Positions 34,795 through 36,078 of a stretch of DNA of 36,078 nucleotides are shown one piece after another. How positions within the stretch are numbered: the first letter of the stretch is position 1; each line of letters begins with the position of its first letter. The stretch is from Octopus sinensis. Its lineage: Eukaryota. The stretch covers positions 1-36,078 of the forward strand of contig NW_021836590.1 in NCBI RefSeq assembly GCF_006345805.1. The letters are read 5' to 3'. The notes beneath the pieces were generated by a model that searched no databases, had not been told where the DNA came from, and worked only from the letters and a program-made list of their open reading frames with translations. The position numbers were made by a program, and so were the translations under genes.

Positions 34795-35043
34795 GGGATA
34801 AAATTAATATATTTGTATGTCTACATCTTAGGTTTACACATAAATACGTAGATATGAATTTTGTCAGGAAACGTCTACTTTCAGAAATGATGAAAGATTA
34901 ATTCAATTTAATTCATTTCAATTTTTGAGCATGATCAAACGGTTTTAACTACTTCTGAAAACGGTAGCATATTTCGCGAAACACGTAAATGTTTTCCTTC
35001 TTTTGTCCATGATCAAGTTCTCAAAGCCTTTTCTTCTTTTTGT

Positions 35044-35090
<47 letters not shown>

Positions 35091-35324
35091 TAAACATACA
35101 AATATACAAAATTACACACACACATATATATATACGACGGGCTTCTTTCAGTTTCCATCTACCAAATCCACTGACAAGGCTTTCATGCATTGAACTATGC
35201 AATCTTTAGGTTCATATACTAGTGATAACAGTTATTTTTTTACAATTTACAATAGTTGTAAATTGTTAAACATTGTAGATAAAACGTAAAAATCAAAGTT
35301 GGAATTTCTTGAGTAATATATATA

Positions 35325-35643
35325 CTCTCTCTTTACTCTTTACTCTGTTTCAGTCATTTGACTGCGGCCATGCTGGAGCACCGCCTTTAGTCAAGCAAAT
35401 CGACCCCGAGACTAATTCTTTGTAAGCCCAGTATTTATTCTATCGTTCTCTTTTTGCCGAACCGCTAAGTGACGGGGACGTAAACACACCAGCATCAGTT
35501 ATCAAGCAATGTTGGGATGACAAACATAGACATACAAACATATACACACACATATATATTTATATATATATACATATATACGACAGGCTTCTTTCAGTTT
35601 CCGTCTACCAAATCCACTCACAAGGCTTTGGTCGGCCCGAGGC
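35325..35643 (-). mobile_element. SINE family A, 5'-truncated
   Basis: Homology to family A; a further fragment at 35133-35182. Confidence 0.88.
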
Positions 35644-36078
35644 CAATATTCACACATATATATATAGATACAATACGTACGCACACCACAGCTACATCAG
35701 AATTTTAAAATACTTTTAAAAAAAACATAAAATAGTAATTATCGGGAAACACGGTTTTGTTATTGAGGAAAACACTCCAAAAACAAATAAATAAAACGGA
35801 AAGGCCTAATATCTCTTATCAAAGAAAGCTAGAGCAGAATAATTTGTGGACCAATAATTAAGGAAGGTAATGAAAATAATTTCCAAATGATACATCGTAA
35901 TTACGAGTTAATAATAACAAATTGTCTATATCTAATAAAACCGTAAAGCAAAAAGAAGAAACATCTATATTAGCAAGAAATATATATATACAGAACAAAT
36001 TAAATTTACGTTAATTATGAATTATTGTATACATAATATATATGTTTTCTGTTACGCTTGTATGTATGTGTATATATA

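Overview
AT-rich eukaryotic (metazoan) DNA saturated with (TA)n, (CATA)n, (CTAT)n and (ATC)n microsatellites and three tRNA-headed SINE families. The repeat content looks like an octopus/coleoid cephalopod genome (pattern recognition, not a database result). No complete protein-coding gene, rRNA, true tRNA or CRISPR array was seen, and most listed ORFs are microsatellite or SINE artefacts. Mobile-element relics include a Tx1/L1 3' end with an 18-bp TSD, two R4/Dong-type RLE LINE ends, RTE fragments, mariner and maT (DD37D) remnants and several MITEs. The main unexplained signal is at least six unrelated non-coding elements that each carry a minimal type I hammerhead ribozyme, mostly abutting (TA)n-type repeats. 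Several share one architecture: a 5' fold-back arm, a ~350-550 nt unit and a terminal direct redundancy. This fits a diverse set of Penelope-mobilised, retrozyme-like elements. A 294-codon Asp-rich minus-strand frame beginning exactly at a splice acceptor (4465-3581) is missed by the ORF track and may be a host exon.
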